Positions 1-10,239 of a DNA stretch of 64,000 nt are shown piece by piece. Each line of letters opens with the position of its first letter. Positions within the stretch are counted from its first letter, which is position 1. Location of the stretch: NCBI GenBank assembly GCA_029248105.1, contig JAQWJZ010000018.1:7596-71595 (forward strand), in the 5' to 3' direction. The translations under genes were made by a program, and so were the position numbers. A model generated the notes under the pieces. It was not told the DNA's origin, ran no database searches, and worked only from the letters and a program-made list of their open reading frames with translations. The DNA comes from Flavobacteriales bacterium. GTDB taxonomy: Bacteria; Bacteroidota; Bacteroidia; Flavobacteriales; UBA7312.

Positions 1-3000
1 TTAGACGGACAAAGCGCATCTATTTTAAAGCGTTATGAATATTTTTCTGGTATAGACGGCAATTCAGCAATTCCCAACCCCACACCTACAATGTCTACTA
101 CCATTCCTAACACAGAGGATATAAACTTTGATAATACACTAAATGAGTCGGAGAGTTATTATCACTACAATATTCCATTATTTCCCAATATGCAAATTGG
201 CGATAGCTATATAACCGATATACAAGAAACTACCGCCAAAACCCCTACAGGTGATAGGTCAATCAAATGGTATCAGTTTAAAATACCAGTACAACAGCCA
301 GATAAAACAGTAGGTTCTATTCGTGATTTCAAGTCCATACGATTCATACGTATGTTGTTGAAAGATTTTGACCAACCTATCGTTATGCGTTTTGCAACTT
401 TGGAGTTGGTTCGTGGTGAATGGAGACGTTATAATTTCAGCTTAAAAACAGAGGGTGAATATGTTCCTAATGATAACTCCAGCACCACATCCTTTGATGT
501 TTCTGTGGTAAATATAGAAGAGAATGCTGAAAAAATCCCAGTGCCATACGTGCTACCACCAGGTATTGAGCAAGAAGTAGATAACACAACGACTTATGTC
601 AGAAGACAAAACGAACAGTCTTTAGTACTCAAAGTTTGCGATTTAGAAGACGGAGATTCTCGAGCAGCATACAAAACCTTCAATAATGACTTCAGAACTT
701 ATAAACGTCTGAAAATGTATGTTCATGCCGAGGCTTCAGGAGAAGTGGAGTCTGCATTACAAGATGGTGAATTGTCCTTGTTCGTTAGGTTAGGAACCGA
801 CTTTAATGATAACTATTACGAATACGAAATACCTTTAAAAGTAACACCTTGGGGCGTTTCTAGACTGGACGACCAACTTATTTGGCCAATCGAAAACGAG
901 CTCAATATCACCTTTGAACAATTGCTTGATGCTAAGCAAGAAAGAAATAAAGCGGTAAGAGATGGTATTCATGCTAGTACTACAGATCCATTTTCAGGAA
1001 CTGACAAACAAGTTACTGTAGTTGGTAACCCAAATATAAGCATGGTAAAAACCATAATGTTGGGTGTCAGAAATCCTCGAAAAGGAAGTCCAAACTCGAC
1101 CTCTAATGACGATGGCTCATCGAAGTGTGGTGAAATTTGGTTGAATGAATTGCGATTGACTGATTTTGACGAAAGGGGTGGTTATGCTGCAAACGGCCGA
1201 ATAAATGCTAGATTAGCAGACTTTGCAAATGTAAACCTTACGGGAAGCATGAGTACTATTGGCTTTGGTTCTATTGACCAGAGTCTTACAGCAAGACAAA
1301 AATACGATGCCTATCAATATGACTTCTCTTCAACCTTTGCATTAGGTAATTTCTTTGGTGAAAAGGCAGCTATAAAAATACCGATGTATGTTGGTATTTC
1401 TGAAGCCATTCAAAACCCTCAATACAATCCACTTGACCCAGATATTACGCTGAAAGCCTCTCTAGATGAGTTGCAGTCCAATGAGAAGAAAGAAGAATTA
1501 AAAGAGATAGCTCAAGACTTAACAAAAAGGAAGTCTATCAACTTCACTAATGTCAGGAAGAATAAGTCGTCATCAGCGGGGAACAAAACAAAGATTTACG
1601 ATATTGAAAACCTATCAGCAACATATTCAAGAAACGAAACATTTTCTAGAAATGTAAGCCTCAAGGAAAGAACAACAGTGAGCACTAAAGCATCATTAAA
1701 TTACACCTATTCCTCTAAACCTAAAAATATAAAACCTTTCCAAAAAGTTAAGCTGTTCAAAAACAAGTATTTTGCTCTTTTAAAAGATTTTAACTTTTAT
1801 ACTTTACCGAAATCAATCTCATTCCAAACAGATTTGGATAGGTATTACAATAAAACTCAATTTAGAAATATCAACAACCCAGATTTCACATTGCCACCCT
1901 ACTACAACAAGGCATTTGTTTGGAATAGAAACTATAGTATTAAGTACGATTTGACACGTACTCTAAAAACAGAATTCAAAGTCAATAACTCAGCTAGTAT
2001 AGACGAGCCACAAGGTGAACTTGTTAGGTCTGACCCTTATTATCAAGAGAAAAAAGACTCCGTTTGGAATAATATCTTGAATTTTGGACGACCCACTTTG
2101 TACCATCATTCTCTCAATGCGAGTTATAATGTACCGTTAAATAAATTTCCACTTACTTCTTGGATTAATTTAAATACTAAGTATGTTGCAAATTACGATT
2201 GGCTAGCGGCACCTTTAAGTTTGCAAAGTCTAGGTAATACTATTCAGAATAGTAATAATAAACAGATAAACTCGACATTTAATTTTGGGCAATTGTATAA
2301 CAAAGTGCCATTCCTTAAAAAGCTCAATAGGACTAGTTCTAGAAATGTAACTCGAGGGAGGGGGTCTACTAGAGAATCTATCCGACTACCTAACGAGGCG
2401 CAAGATACCGTAAGAGTTTCTATGAAAGATATTGTTAATGGCGTTTTGAAAACAGCTCTATTAGTCAAAAATATATCCATTTCCTATAGACAAAATCAAG
2501 GTGTAGTATTGCCTGGTTTCAATAAAAAACCTCATTTCTTTGGACAAGATTGGGACGCTATGGCACCAGGCATTCCTTTTGCTTTAGGAAGTCAAAACAT
2601 TGATATTAGAGAGTTAAGTTCACAAGGAGGTTGGCTTACTTCAAATACAGATTTGAATCAATTCTTTAAGCTTACCAATAGCGAAACACTTAATTTGAGA
2701 GGTACTCTTGAGCCTATTAAAGGATTTAGGATAGAGCTGACAGCTAATAGAACCAAAACCAATAATTCACAAGAGATATATAAGTATGATCCTAATTTGG
2801 GTGACTACGAATCATTCAATACAATAGAAAATGGTAGCCATAGCATTTCTTTTATTAGTTGGAATACATCCTTTATAAAAGATGATGACAATTATTCTAA
2901 TGCTACTTTTCAGCAGTTTAGAGATAATAGAGAAGTCATTGCCAATAGACTTGCTGGATCTAACCCATATGATAATAGTATTGTTGATAGCACAGGTTAT

Positions 3001-3807
3001 CCCTTAGGATATCAAAGTAATTCTCAAGATGTGTTGATACCTGCCTTCTTGGCAGCTTACTCAGGTAAAAATGCTTCGTCAGTTGGGCTCAATAATTTTC
3101 CAAACATACCATTGCCAAATTGGCGAATCAATTTTGATGGTTTGCGTAATCTGAAATGGATAAAAAAGAGAATGAATAACATAGTGTTGAGCCATTCTTA
3201 CCAATCTACATACAGCGTAGGAAATTACGTGACTAGTTTAGATTATGAGGAGGGTTTTGACCAATGGCCAAATGCTATAAACGAAGCAACCTTAAACTAT
3301 TATGACAAGTACGAAATTAATCAAGTTACCCTAAGAGAAAGCTTGAACCCACTATTTAAGATAGACATGACTTTCAAAAATAGTATGACGGCTCGTTTGG
3401 AAATCAAAAAAGAAAGAACCTTGAGTTTAGGTCTAAGTAATAATCAACTTACGGATAGATCTTCAGACGAATGGATTGTTGGTACAGGCTACAGAATAAA
3501 AGAATTATCCTTTAATGTTAGGGCGGCAGGGAAACAAAGGAAGATAAGTTCAGACCTAGATTTAAAGCTTGATTTTTCATTACGAAGTAACAAAGTTATC
3601 ATTAGAAAGATTGAAGAGAATCAAGAAGAAATAACAGGTGGCAATAGCGTAATTACTTTAAAATTTACTGCTGACTATGTAGTAAGTAGTAGATTTAATT
3701 TGCGCTTATTCTTCGATAAAGTAATGACAAATCCATACGTTTCAAATACCTTCCCTTCAGCAATAACAAATGGTGGTTTTAGTGTCAGATTCACCTTAGC
3801 TCAATAG
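1..3807 (+). CDS. sprA: Cell-surface protein SprA (type IX secretion translocon), C-terminal ~1268 codons; the 5' end lies outside the window
   Basis: The frame is open from base 1, with no stop before the first ATG at 91. It is a very long Asn/Tyr/Thr-rich beta-strand-type outer-membrane protein ending ...GGFSVRFTLAQ, which I recognise as the Bacteroidota SprA family. Confidence 0.75.
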   Translation, partial: LDGQSASILKRYEYFSGIDGNSAIPNPTPTMSTTIPNTEDINFDNTLNESESYYHYNIPLFPNMQIGDSYITDIQETTAKTPTGDRSIKWYQFKIPVQQPDKTVGSIRDFKSIRFIRMLLKDFDQPIVMRFATLELVRGEWRRYNFSLKTEGEYVPNDNSSTTSFDVSVVNIEENAEKIPVPYVLPPGIEQEVDNTTTYVRRQNEQSLVLKVCDLEDGDSRAAYKTFNNDFRTYKRLKMYVHAEASGEVESALQDGELSLFVRLGTDFNDNYYEYEIPLKVTPWGVSRLDDQLIWPIENELNITFEQLLDAKQERNKAVRDGIHASTTDPFSGTDKQVTVVGNPNISMVKTIMLGVRNPRKGSPNSTSNDDGSSKCGEIWLNELRLTDFDERGGYAANGRINARLADFANVNLTGSMSTIGFGSIDQSLTARQKYDAYQYDFSSTFALGNFFGEKAAIKIPMYVGISEAIQNPQYNPLDPDITLKASLDELQSNEKKEELKEIAQDLTKRKSINFTNVRKNKSSSAGNKTKIYDIENLSATYSRNETFSRNVSLKERTTVSTKASLNYTYSSKPKNIKPFQKVKLFKNKYFALLKDFNFYTLPKSISFQTDLDRYYNKTQFRNINNPDFTLPPYYNKAFVWNRNYSIKYDLTRTLKTEFKVNNSASIDEPQGELVRSDPYYQEKKDSVWNNILNFGRPTLYHHSLNASYNVPLNKFPLTSWINLNTKYVANYDWLAAPLSLQSLGNTIQNSNNKQINSTFNFGQLYNKVPFLKKLNRTSSRNVTRGRGSTRESIRLPNEAQDTVRVSMKDIVNGVLKTALLVKNISISYRQNQGVVLPGFNKKPHFFGQDWDAMAPGIPFALGSQNIDIRELSSQGGWLTSNTDLNQFFKLTNSETLNLRGTLEPIKGFRIELTANRTKTNNSQEIYKYDPNLGDYESFNTIENGSHSISFISWNTSFIKDDDNYSNATFQQFRDNREVIANRLAGSNPYDNSIVDSTGYPLGYQSNSQDVLIPAFLAAYSGKNASSVGLNNFPNIPLPNWRINFDGLRNLKWIKKRMNNIVLSHSYQSTYSVGNYVTSLDYEEGFDQWPNAINEATLNYYDKYEINQVTLRESLNPLFKIDMTFKNSMTARLEIKKERTLSLGLSNNQLTDRSSDEWIVGTGYRIKELSFNVRAAGKQRKISSDLDLKLDFSLRSNKVIIRKIEENQEEITGGNSVITLKFTADYVVSSRFNLRLFFDKVMTNPYVSNTFPSAITNGGFSVRFTLAQ

Positions 3808-3829
3808 CATTAAATTAAACTTTATATTG

Positions 3830-3837
3830 TATTTTTG
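3830..3837 (+). promoter_or_regulatory. Bacteroidota sigma-A -7 box (TAnnTTTG) upstream of gcvH
   Basis: Exact match tatttttg, 27 nt upstream of the ATG at 3865. Confidence 0.55.
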
Positions 3838-3864
3838 TGCCAAATAAAATAAATAAAAGTAGAC

Positions 3865-4242
3865 ATGAATATTCCTGCAGATTTAAAATATACTAAAGAC
3901 CACGAATGGGTAAAGATTGAAGGTGACGAGGCAGTAGTCGGAATTACCGATTTTGCTCAGAGTGAATTGGGCGATATTGTTTTTGTTGAGGTTGAAACTG
4001 AAGGAGATACTATTGACCAAGAGGAAGTTTTTGGTTCAGTTGAAGCTGTAAAAACAGTATCTGACTTATTTATGCCATTGTCGGCTGAAATACTTTCATT
4101 CAACTCTGAGTTAGAAGATACTCCTGAAGTAGTCAATACTGACCCTTACGGAGAAGGATGGATGATTCGAATTAAAATTTCAGACAACTCTGAATTAGAT
4201 TCATTATTATCAGCTGAACAATACAAGGAATTAATTAGTTAA
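3865..4242 (+). CDS. gcvH: Glycine cleavage system protein H
   Basis: 125 aa. YTKDHEWVK...[17 protein letters not shown] and the lipoyl-lysine motif VEAVKTVSD are typical of GcvH. Confidence 0.95.
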   Translation: MNIPADLKYTKDHEWVKIEGDEAVVGITDFAQSELGDIVFVEVETEGDTIDQEEVFGSVEAVKTVSDLFMPLSAEILSFNSELEDTPEVVNTDPYGEGWMIRIKISDNSELDSLLSAEQYKELIS

Positions 4243-4620
4243 ATGCGCTTTACTTTAGCAATAGTATGGGCTGTAGTTATAGCAGTTTTACATGCTATTC
4301 CAGGCTCTGATTTTCCAGAATTTTCTATTTCTGACTTTTTTCAAATCGATAAGCTTGTACACGCTATCGTTTTTATGATTGGCGTTTATTTGTTTGCCGT
4401 GGCATTAGCCGAGCAACAAAAAAAGGCTTTTATTCGTTATCTTATTGTATCATTTGTTGCTTACGGATTGTTGCTTGAGTTACTTCAAGATCTAGTTTTT
4501 GTAGAAAGAAGTGCCGATGTCTTAGATTGGTTAGCAGACACCGTAGGGGTGTTTTTAGGCGTTTGGATTTTTAAGAAATTTCCTTTTCCCGTATCAACAA
4601 ATTCGATTAAAAAAGGTTAA
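4243..4620 (+). CDS. VanZ-like family membrane protein
   Basis: 125 aa, 4 predicted TM segments, VanZ-like pattern (DKLVHAIVF...LLELLQ...R.AD..DWLADT.G). The start abuts the gcvH stop (TAAATG). Confidence 0.65.
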   Translation: MRFTLAIVWAVVIAVLHAIPGSDFPEFSISDFFQIDKLVHAIVFMIGVYLFAVALAEQQKKAFIRYLIVSFVAYGLLLELLQDLVFVERSADVLDWLADTVGVFLGVWIFKKFPFPVSTNSIKKG

Positions 4621-4644
4621 ATTTGCTCAAGTAACCCAATTTTT

Positions 4645-5316
4645 ATGGAACCAAAAAAGAACCCCAAAGTAGATTTAGAGAAGAAAAGAGGTTTGTTTAT
4701 GCAAATCGGCTTGGCTCTATCTCTATTAATCGTTTTAGGCGCTTTCGAGTACAGAACGTATGAAAAAGTTGTTGCTTCGTTAGGAGATTTAGTGCTAGAT
4801 GCAGAGTTTGAGGAAGAAATAGAAAATACGTTTAGAGAACAAAAGCCACCTCCACCACCTCCACCGCCGCCAGATGAAATTATAATTGTTGAAGACGATG
4901 AGGAAATTGAAGAGGTAGAAATTGAAGATACTGAATCTGATGAAGACCTTGAGGTTATAGAAGAGGAAGAAGAAACTACCGACGAAATATTTATGGTGGT
5001 AGAAGATATGCCTCGCTTTGAAGGATGTAGTGACGAAACGTGTACTCAAACTAAGATTATGCAGTTCATTGCTAGAAAAACAAAGTATCCGCCAATTGCA
5101 AAAGAAAACAATATTACGGGTAGAGTTTTTGTCAGTTTTGTCGTTGATAAAACAGGAAAAGTCACCAACGTTAAAATATTAAGAGGTGTTGACAAGTATC
5201 TAGATTCAGAAGCAATTCGTGTAGTTTCTAGTTTGCCAAAATTTAAACCAGGAAAACAAAGGGGTAAGCCTGTAAAGGTTCAGTATAATGTTCCAATTAG
5301 TTTTAAATTAAACTAA
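4645..5316 (+). CDS. TonB family energy transducer
   Basis: N-terminal membrane anchor, a Pro9 run plus an acidic linker, and a C-terminal TonB-type domain (YPPIAKENNITGRVFVSFVVDKTGKV...PGKQRGKPV). Confidence 0.85.
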   Translation: MEPKKNPKVDLEKKRGLFMQIGLALSLLIVLGAFEYRTYEKVVASLGDLVLDAEFEEEIENTFREQKPPPPPPPPPDEIIIVEDDEEIEEVEIEDTESDEDLEVIEEEEETTDEIFMVVEDMPRFEGCSDETCTQTKIMQFIARKTKYPPIAKENNITGRVFVSFVVDKTGKVTNVKILRGVDKYLDSEAIRVVSSLPKFKPGKQRGKPVKVQYNVPISFKLN

Positions 5317-5339
5317 CCCCTATTTAACAATACTTAAAA

Positions 5340-5365
5340 GGCTCTCCGTTTGGAGAGCCTTTTTT
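5340..5365 (+). terminator. Rho-independent terminator after the tonB-like gene
   Basis: ggctctcc-gttt-ggagagcc is a perfect 8-bp GC-rich stem followed by T6. An A4 run upstream would also let it act on the opposite strand. Confidence 0.8.
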
Positions 5366-5423
5366 AATACTAGATTTTCTGCTTTAAAATCGCTATTTTT
5401 ACTAGCCCAAAACAAGACACTAT

Positions 5424-6173
5424 ATGAATTCTAAAATGGTCAACTTTTTTGATTCTACTTATCTTAAAACTAAAGAACAGGCAAATATATCATCTGAAGA
5501 AGATATACATTGTATTAAGTCTGTGGTTTTGGAGGCTATAGAGCATCAGTTTAAATTAGTAATGATTCGTTCAGGTCACATCTCTTTGGCTAGGCAAATT
5601 ATAGCTGCTAAAAATAGTCAAGTCTTAGTGGGTACAGTCATCGATTTTCCGAGCGGAACTTCATCAACAGAAAGTAAGTTAAATGAGATTCAATCAGCCA
5701 TTGAGCTAGGAGCTGACGACATAGATGTTGTTATCAATTATAATCGATTTATACAAAATGAAAAAGACTATATCGCTAATGAAGTCAAAGAATGTACAGC
5801 CTTATGCCTATCAAACAACAAGACCATAAAGTGGATAATTGAGTCGGCAGCTTTAAGTGATAACGAGATAATAAACATCTGTCAGCTGATCAGAGATATT
5901 GTTTTGGAGAACTTTGAAAATGCCAAATCACAAGATGTGTTTGTAAAATCTTCTACAGGTTTTTATGTTAGTCCAAATTCAGAACCTAACGGTGCCACCG
6001 TTTCAGCAATTAAGCTTATGGTTGAGCATTCATCGCCCTTGGCTGTAAAAGCATCTGGCGGAATTCGTAGTGCTGAAGACTTTTACACTATGATTGACCT
6101 TGGTGTTAAGCGCATAGGCACCTCTTCTGCTTTGGCAATATTACAAGGCAAACATTCTAATTCAAACTATTAG
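5424..6173 (+). CDS. deoC: Deoxyribose-phosphate aldolase
   Basis: Class I aldolase lysine motifs FVKSSTGF and VKASGGIR. Confidence 0.85.
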   Translation: MNSKMVNFFDSTYLKTKEQANISSEEDIHCIKSVVLEAIEHQFKLVMIRSGHISLARQIIAAKNSQVLVGTVIDFPSGTSSTESKLNEIQSAIELGADDIDVVINYNRFIQNEKDYIANEVKECTALCLSNNKTIKWIIESAALSDNEIINICQLIRDIVLENFENAKSQDVFVKSSTGFYVSPNSEPNGATVSAIKLMVEHSSPLAVKASGGIRSAEDFYTMIDLGVKRIGTSSALAILQGKHSNSNY

Positions 6174-6178
6174 ACTTT

Positions 6179-7516
6179 TTGAATAAAATAAAATCATACC
6201 TTTCAAAATATTCTCGAGATGTTCATTTTTTTGAATTAATCAAAGGAGCATCTAGTACATTTCTTCTTAAAATTGTAGGCTTGTTAGTCGGCTATGGTCT
6301 TGCCATTTTTATTACAAATAAGTTTGGAGCTTTTGTTTTTGGTCAGTACGTGACCGCACTACTAATAGTTGAGATCTTAAGCATTATTTCAAGGCTAGGA
6401 ATAGATACGGTATTAGTGCGATTTATCTCCAGATATGTACATAAAGGAGCTTCTAGCTTAATCAATCAACTTTTTTTTAAGTCAATAGCACTTGTTACTT
6501 TATCGGCAGTTGTTTTCACCTTATTGTTATTATTCTTTTCTGATTATATAGCTAACTTTATGAATTTAGATGAAGAATACCTCTTAATAGTTTCTTTTTC
6601 TTTTATTCCATTAGTTCTGTTCCACATGAACACTCAGGCTATCCGAGGATTGAAGCAAATGATGTCTTTTTCATTTTTGAATAACGTTGCCATCACCTTA
6701 TTTACGTTTATTTTAATGGTGGTATTAGTTGCTTTTTCTACCTCTGAAAAGCTACCTATTTACGCTTATGTAATGAGTGTTTTTGTCATGACCATTTCTT
6801 CTTATTTTTTATGGTTTTTTCATAGAGCTAAGATTGTTGATTCAAAGCAGAATAATAGTGAGTCAGAGTTGAGTACCAAAGCATTGTTTAAAGTTTCTAT
6901 TCCTTTATTGCTGGGCCAATCTATGATGCTAATAATGGGGAAGGTAGACTTATTTATGCTGGCTAATATGACCTCATCGGATAAAGTAGGAATTTATAAT
7001 ATCGCATTAAAACTATCCATGTTAGCCTATATGGGTTTAATGGCTGTTAACAGTATTGCGGCACCAAAATTTTCAGAAATTCACTCTTCAGGAGATATTG
7101 ATGCTCTAAAGAAAATAGTTCAACAATCAACAAAAACTATATTTTGGGTAACTTTTCCGGTCATACTTTTATTTTTAATTTTCCCAGACACTATTTTAGG
7201 TGTTTTTGGTGATGAGTTTAAGTTAGCCGCTATGGCATTAATAATATTATCCATTAGCAAAATGTTCAGCGCAATTTCTGGTTCTGTAGGGACATTTTTA
7301 CAAATGGTTGGCAAACAAAATGTTTTTCAGAACATACTTATCTTTACAGCGATTATTAATATAGTTTTGAATTATACACTTATCCCCAAGTATGGTATCG
7401 ACGGAGCTGCATTTGCTAGTGCTATAAGCGGAGTGATATGGAATGTGTTAATGATAATTTATATAAAGAAGAACTTTGGTTTTTATTCCATATATTTCCC
7501 TGGAATTAAACGATGA
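6179..7516 (+). CDS. wzx: Polysaccharide flippase (Wzx / MOP superfamily)
   Basis: 445 aa polytopic membrane protein with the polysaccharide-biosynthesis-protein topology. It is the first gene of a tightly coupled glycan locus and has a TTG start. Confidence 0.75.
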   Translation: MNKIKSYLSKYSRDVHFFELIKGASSTFLLKIVGLLVGYGLAIFITNKFGAFVFGQYVTALLIVEILSIISRLGIDTVLVRFISRYVHKGASSLINQLFFKSIALVTLSAVVFTLLLLFFSDYIANFMNLDEEYLLIVSFSFIPLVLFHMNTQAIRGLKQMMSFSFLNNVAITLFTFILMVVLVAFSTSEKLPIYAYVMSVFVMTISSYFLWFFHRAKIVDSKQNNSESELSTKALFKVSIPLLLGQSMMLIMGKVDLFMLANMTSSDKVGIYNIALKLSMLAYMGLMAVNSIAAPKFSEIHSSGDIDALKKIVQQSTKTIFWVTFPVILLFLIFPDTILGVFGDEFKLAAMALIILSISKMFSAISGSVGTFLQMVGKQNVFQNILIFTAIINIVLNYTLIPKYGIDGAAFASAISGVIWNVLMIIYIKKNFGFYSIYFPGIKR

Positions 7517-8436
7517 TTTATCCTAACTTTTATATTGTTGGTGCGCCCAAGGCGGGAACGACTTCTTTGTATCACTACCTTGATCAACATCCAGAGATAG
7601 CAATTCCTGATAAAGAGCCTCGTTTTTTTATTAAAGAAAGTATAGAAAAAACGTCTGATTCAGATCCAATTAAACCTTATTTACTGAGAAGTTCGGTGTT
7701 AAATGAGAATGATTATTCTAATCTGTATGCAGATAAAAAAGAAAAAGTTAGATGCGACGCTAGCACTCAATATCTGTATCATTTTGATGAGGTAATACCA
7801 AAAATCAAACAGCTTAATAGTGATTCTCCAAAAATCTTAATACTCTTGAGAAACCCTATTGAAAGAGCTTTTTCTAATTATTCTCACAATTATTCGACCT
7901 ATGAAAATCTAGATTTTGAGGAAGCTCTTCAACAAGAGTCTGAGCGTATCTCAAAAGGGTTTAACTCTTTTTGGCACTACAAGGGTTTGAGTACGTATGC
8001 CGACTCAGTAAAAGCTTATAAAGAGGCATTTAAAGAAGTTAAAGTGATATTGTTTGAAGACTTCATAAAAGACATCGATAAGTCTTTAGTTGATATTTTT
8101 AATTTTTTAGAAGTTGACAGCAACTTTAAAGTGTCGCACTTTATGATAAATAAAAAAAGTACAGGTGCGCCAAAGAGTAAAAAACTAAATGTAATTCTTC
8201 AAAATTCTTCAAAGTTTAGCATTCTCAAAACCGTTCTTTATAAGGTTATTGGAGAACAAAGAACAAAGTTATTTAGAGAGTTAGTAATGCGTAAGAATTT
8301 ATCTAAATCAAAAATTTCTTTAGATGAATCTTTGAAATCCAAATTAGAATCCTATTTTGTGGAAGATATTGCTCAGTTAAAAGAAATATTGCCTGAGCAA
8401 AATATAGGCTGGTTAAATAATGGAACAAATTCATAA
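7513..8436 (+). CDS. Sulfotransferase family protein (PAPS-dependent type)
   Basis: 5'-PSB loop GAPKAGTTSL at the N-terminus and a 3'-PB-like LLRNPIERAFSNY. ATGA overlap with wzx. Confidence 0.85.
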   Translation: MIYPNFYIVGAPKAGTTSLYHYLDQHPEIAIPDKEPRFFIKESIEKTSDSDPIKPYLLRSSVLNENDYSNLYADKKEKVRCDASTQYLYHFDEVIPKIKQLNSDSPKILILLRNPIERAFSNYSHNYSTYENLDFEEALQQESERISKGFNSFWHYKGLSTYADSVKAYKEAFKEVKVILFEDFIKDIDKSLVDIFNFLEVDSNFKVSHFMINKKSTGAPKSKKLNVILQNSSKFSILKTVLYKVIGEQRTKLFRELVMRKNLSKSKISLDESLKSKLESYFVEDIAQLKEILPEQNIGWLNNGTNS

Positions 8437-9013
8437 AATATACCGAAGAATAAGAGATAAGATTTTTACTTTCCTTTATCGAACTTCATTTAAGGAATTA
8501 GGACCTAAATCTACACTTGCTATGCCCTTTAGTGTTGAAGGTGCTCGCTTTATTTCTATTGAAAGAGAAGTCTATGTAAAACCTAACGCTTGGTTTTTGG
8601 CTTTGAATAATAGCGAGGTAAAATCTTCTGAAATTAAATTGTCAATAGGTGAAAGAACCTATATTGGACGAAATGCTCATATAGTAGCTTTAAAAAGTAT
8701 ACGTATTGGTAAAGGGGTTTTAATGGGAGACAACGTATATATTGCGGATAATTTTCATCGCTTTGACAGAGTGGATTTGCCATTTAAAGACCAAGGGATT
8801 GGCTTCAAGTCTGAAGTTGAAGTCGGTGAAGGGACGTGGCTTGGAGAAAACGTATGTGTGATTTCTTCTAAAATTGGAAAACACTGTATTGTTGGAGCGA
8901 ACTCTGTCGTGCTCAATCATGTTCCTGACTACTGTATGGTTGCTGGTTCACCTGCTCGAATCATAAAGAGATACGACCATTCTACTGAAAGCTGGGAAAA
9001 GATTAAAGAATAA
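8420..9013 (+). CDS. Hexapeptide-repeat (left-handed beta-helix) O-acetyltransferase
   Basis: Repeated [LIV]G-x4 hexapeptides (IGKGVLMGDNVYIADN...VGEGTWLGENVCVISS...IGKHCIVGANSVV...VAGSPARI). Confidence 0.85.
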   Translation: MEQIHKIYRRIRDKIFTFLYRTSFKELGPKSTLAMPFSVEGARFISIEREVYVKPNAWFLALNNSEVKSSEIKLSIGERTYIGRNAHIVALKSIRIGKGVLMGDNVYIADNFHRFDRVDLPFKDQGIGFKSEVEVGEGTWLGENVCVISSKIGKHCIVGANSVVLNHVPDYCMVAGSPARIIKRYDHSTESWEKIKE

Positions 9014-9015
9014 TT

Positions 9016-10239
9016 ATGAAAATTGCGTTAAAACAACTGAGTTTATCTTGGCTTCCAATGCTTTTTTTGGTCTTAACAGCAGGAAGTATGTTGTTTGTTT
9101 TTTTTAGAAAAGAGATGCTTTATTTTGTTTTTTTTCTTTTCTCTAGTTTGTTTTTAGCCAAGCATATTTACAAGAGAGAGCTTCTCATTTTTGTTCAGCT
9201 TTTGATATTGTTTTTATCTTTTCTGCTAATAAACTTTTTATTTGCGACCTCTACTCAATCTACGCAGAAGCTTTTTGCAAACATTGTCATATTTACTTCT
9301 TCTATTTTCTCTGCCTTATATTACTCGAGAGAGGAAAATAAAAAACAGTTTATTCCACACCTGTATTTGGTGTTAAAGATTATATTAATACATTCTTTAA
9401 TTAGTTTCTTTATATATCCCTTTATACAATCTTTTTTATTTGAGATTAGTAACAGTCGTTACGACTGTGTTTCTTTCTTAAACATTTTCTTTTATTTAAA
9501 ATACACGCACTCATTTTCTGTATTAGGTATAGATCTAGTGAGAAATCAAGGAATATTTTGGGAGCCGGGTGTTCTACAAATATTTCTCAATCTATTATTA
9601 TTTATCATATCTTTTGTTAAAAAGAAAAGAGGCTTAATATTTTGGCTTACTGTACTTGCTATTTTCACAACCTTTTCAACTACAGGTTTAGTGGTAATGT
9701 TTATTCTGCTTCTTATTTCTTTTGGTGCAGATATCAGAAAGAACATCTTGTTTTTACCCATTAGTGTTTTATTGATTGCGTTGGTCTATTTCGTTACAGC
9801 GGCTAACATTTCCGATAAGCTTCATGGTGAGGGTCAATATTCTTTTCAGGCACGTTTTTTTGACCTAGTTCAGCCGCTTTATATGGTCTATGAAAATCCA
9901 CTAACAGGTGTTGGATTAGATGATGAACAATTTATGAATACACGCCAAAAAACAAACTTTTCATTAAACTTACAGGCATTAGATTTCTCAAATGTTAATG
10001 ATAAAGGATCAACCAATTCGATAATGTTTTTCTTAGCTGCAGCAGGAATACCCTTTACTTTGATGCTTTTACTCATGCTTTATCATCAAGCTTTTATATT
10101 GGAAAAGCGTAATTTGTTTTTTATCTTTATAATAATATCATTAATGACTGAGCCCATTATGCTCAGACCTTTTTTCCTTACTTTTGTGATTTCAGGTGGA
10201 ATAGGTTTTATAAACAAGTTTAGATGGAAAATATATTAA
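9016..10239 (+). CDS. wzy: O-antigen polymerase / ligase-like (Wzy-type) membrane protein
   Basis: 407 aa, about 10 TM segments, very Phe/Leu/Ile-rich with one larger loop. The position in the glycan locus fits Wzy. Confidence 0.6.
   Translation: MKIALKQLSLSWLPMLFLVLTAGSMLFVFFRKEMLYFVFFLFSSLFLAKHIYKRELLIFVQLLILFLSFLLINFLFATSTQSTQKLFANIVIFTSSIFSALYYSREENKKQFIPHLYLVLKIILIHSLISFFIYPFIQSFLFEISNSRYDCVSFLNIFFYLKYTHSFSVLGIDLVRNQGIFWEPGVLQIFLNLLLFIISFVKKKRGLIFWLTVLAIFTTFSTTGLVVMFILLLISFGADIRKNILFLPISVLLIALVYFVTAANISDKLHGEGQYSFQARFFDLVQPLYMVYENPLTGVGLDDEQFMNTRQKTNFSLNLQALDFSNVNDKGSTNSIMFFLAAAGIPFTLMLLLMLYHQAFILEKRNLFFIFIIISLMTEPIMLRPFFLTFVISGGIGFINKFRWKIY

Noticed and set aside
2293-2300. ttgtataa half-site of the operator motif inside sprA
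   Set aside because: There is no ttatacaa partner at the 16-nt spacing, and it is inside a coding region. An 8-mer is expected by chance in AT-rich DNA.
4846-4985. Repetitive CCA/CCG and GAA/GAT-rich DNA that looks like a tandem repeat
   Set aside because: It encodes the Pro-rich and acidic linker of TonB, so it is low-complexity coding sequence. It is not a CRISPR array or a VNTR with spacers.
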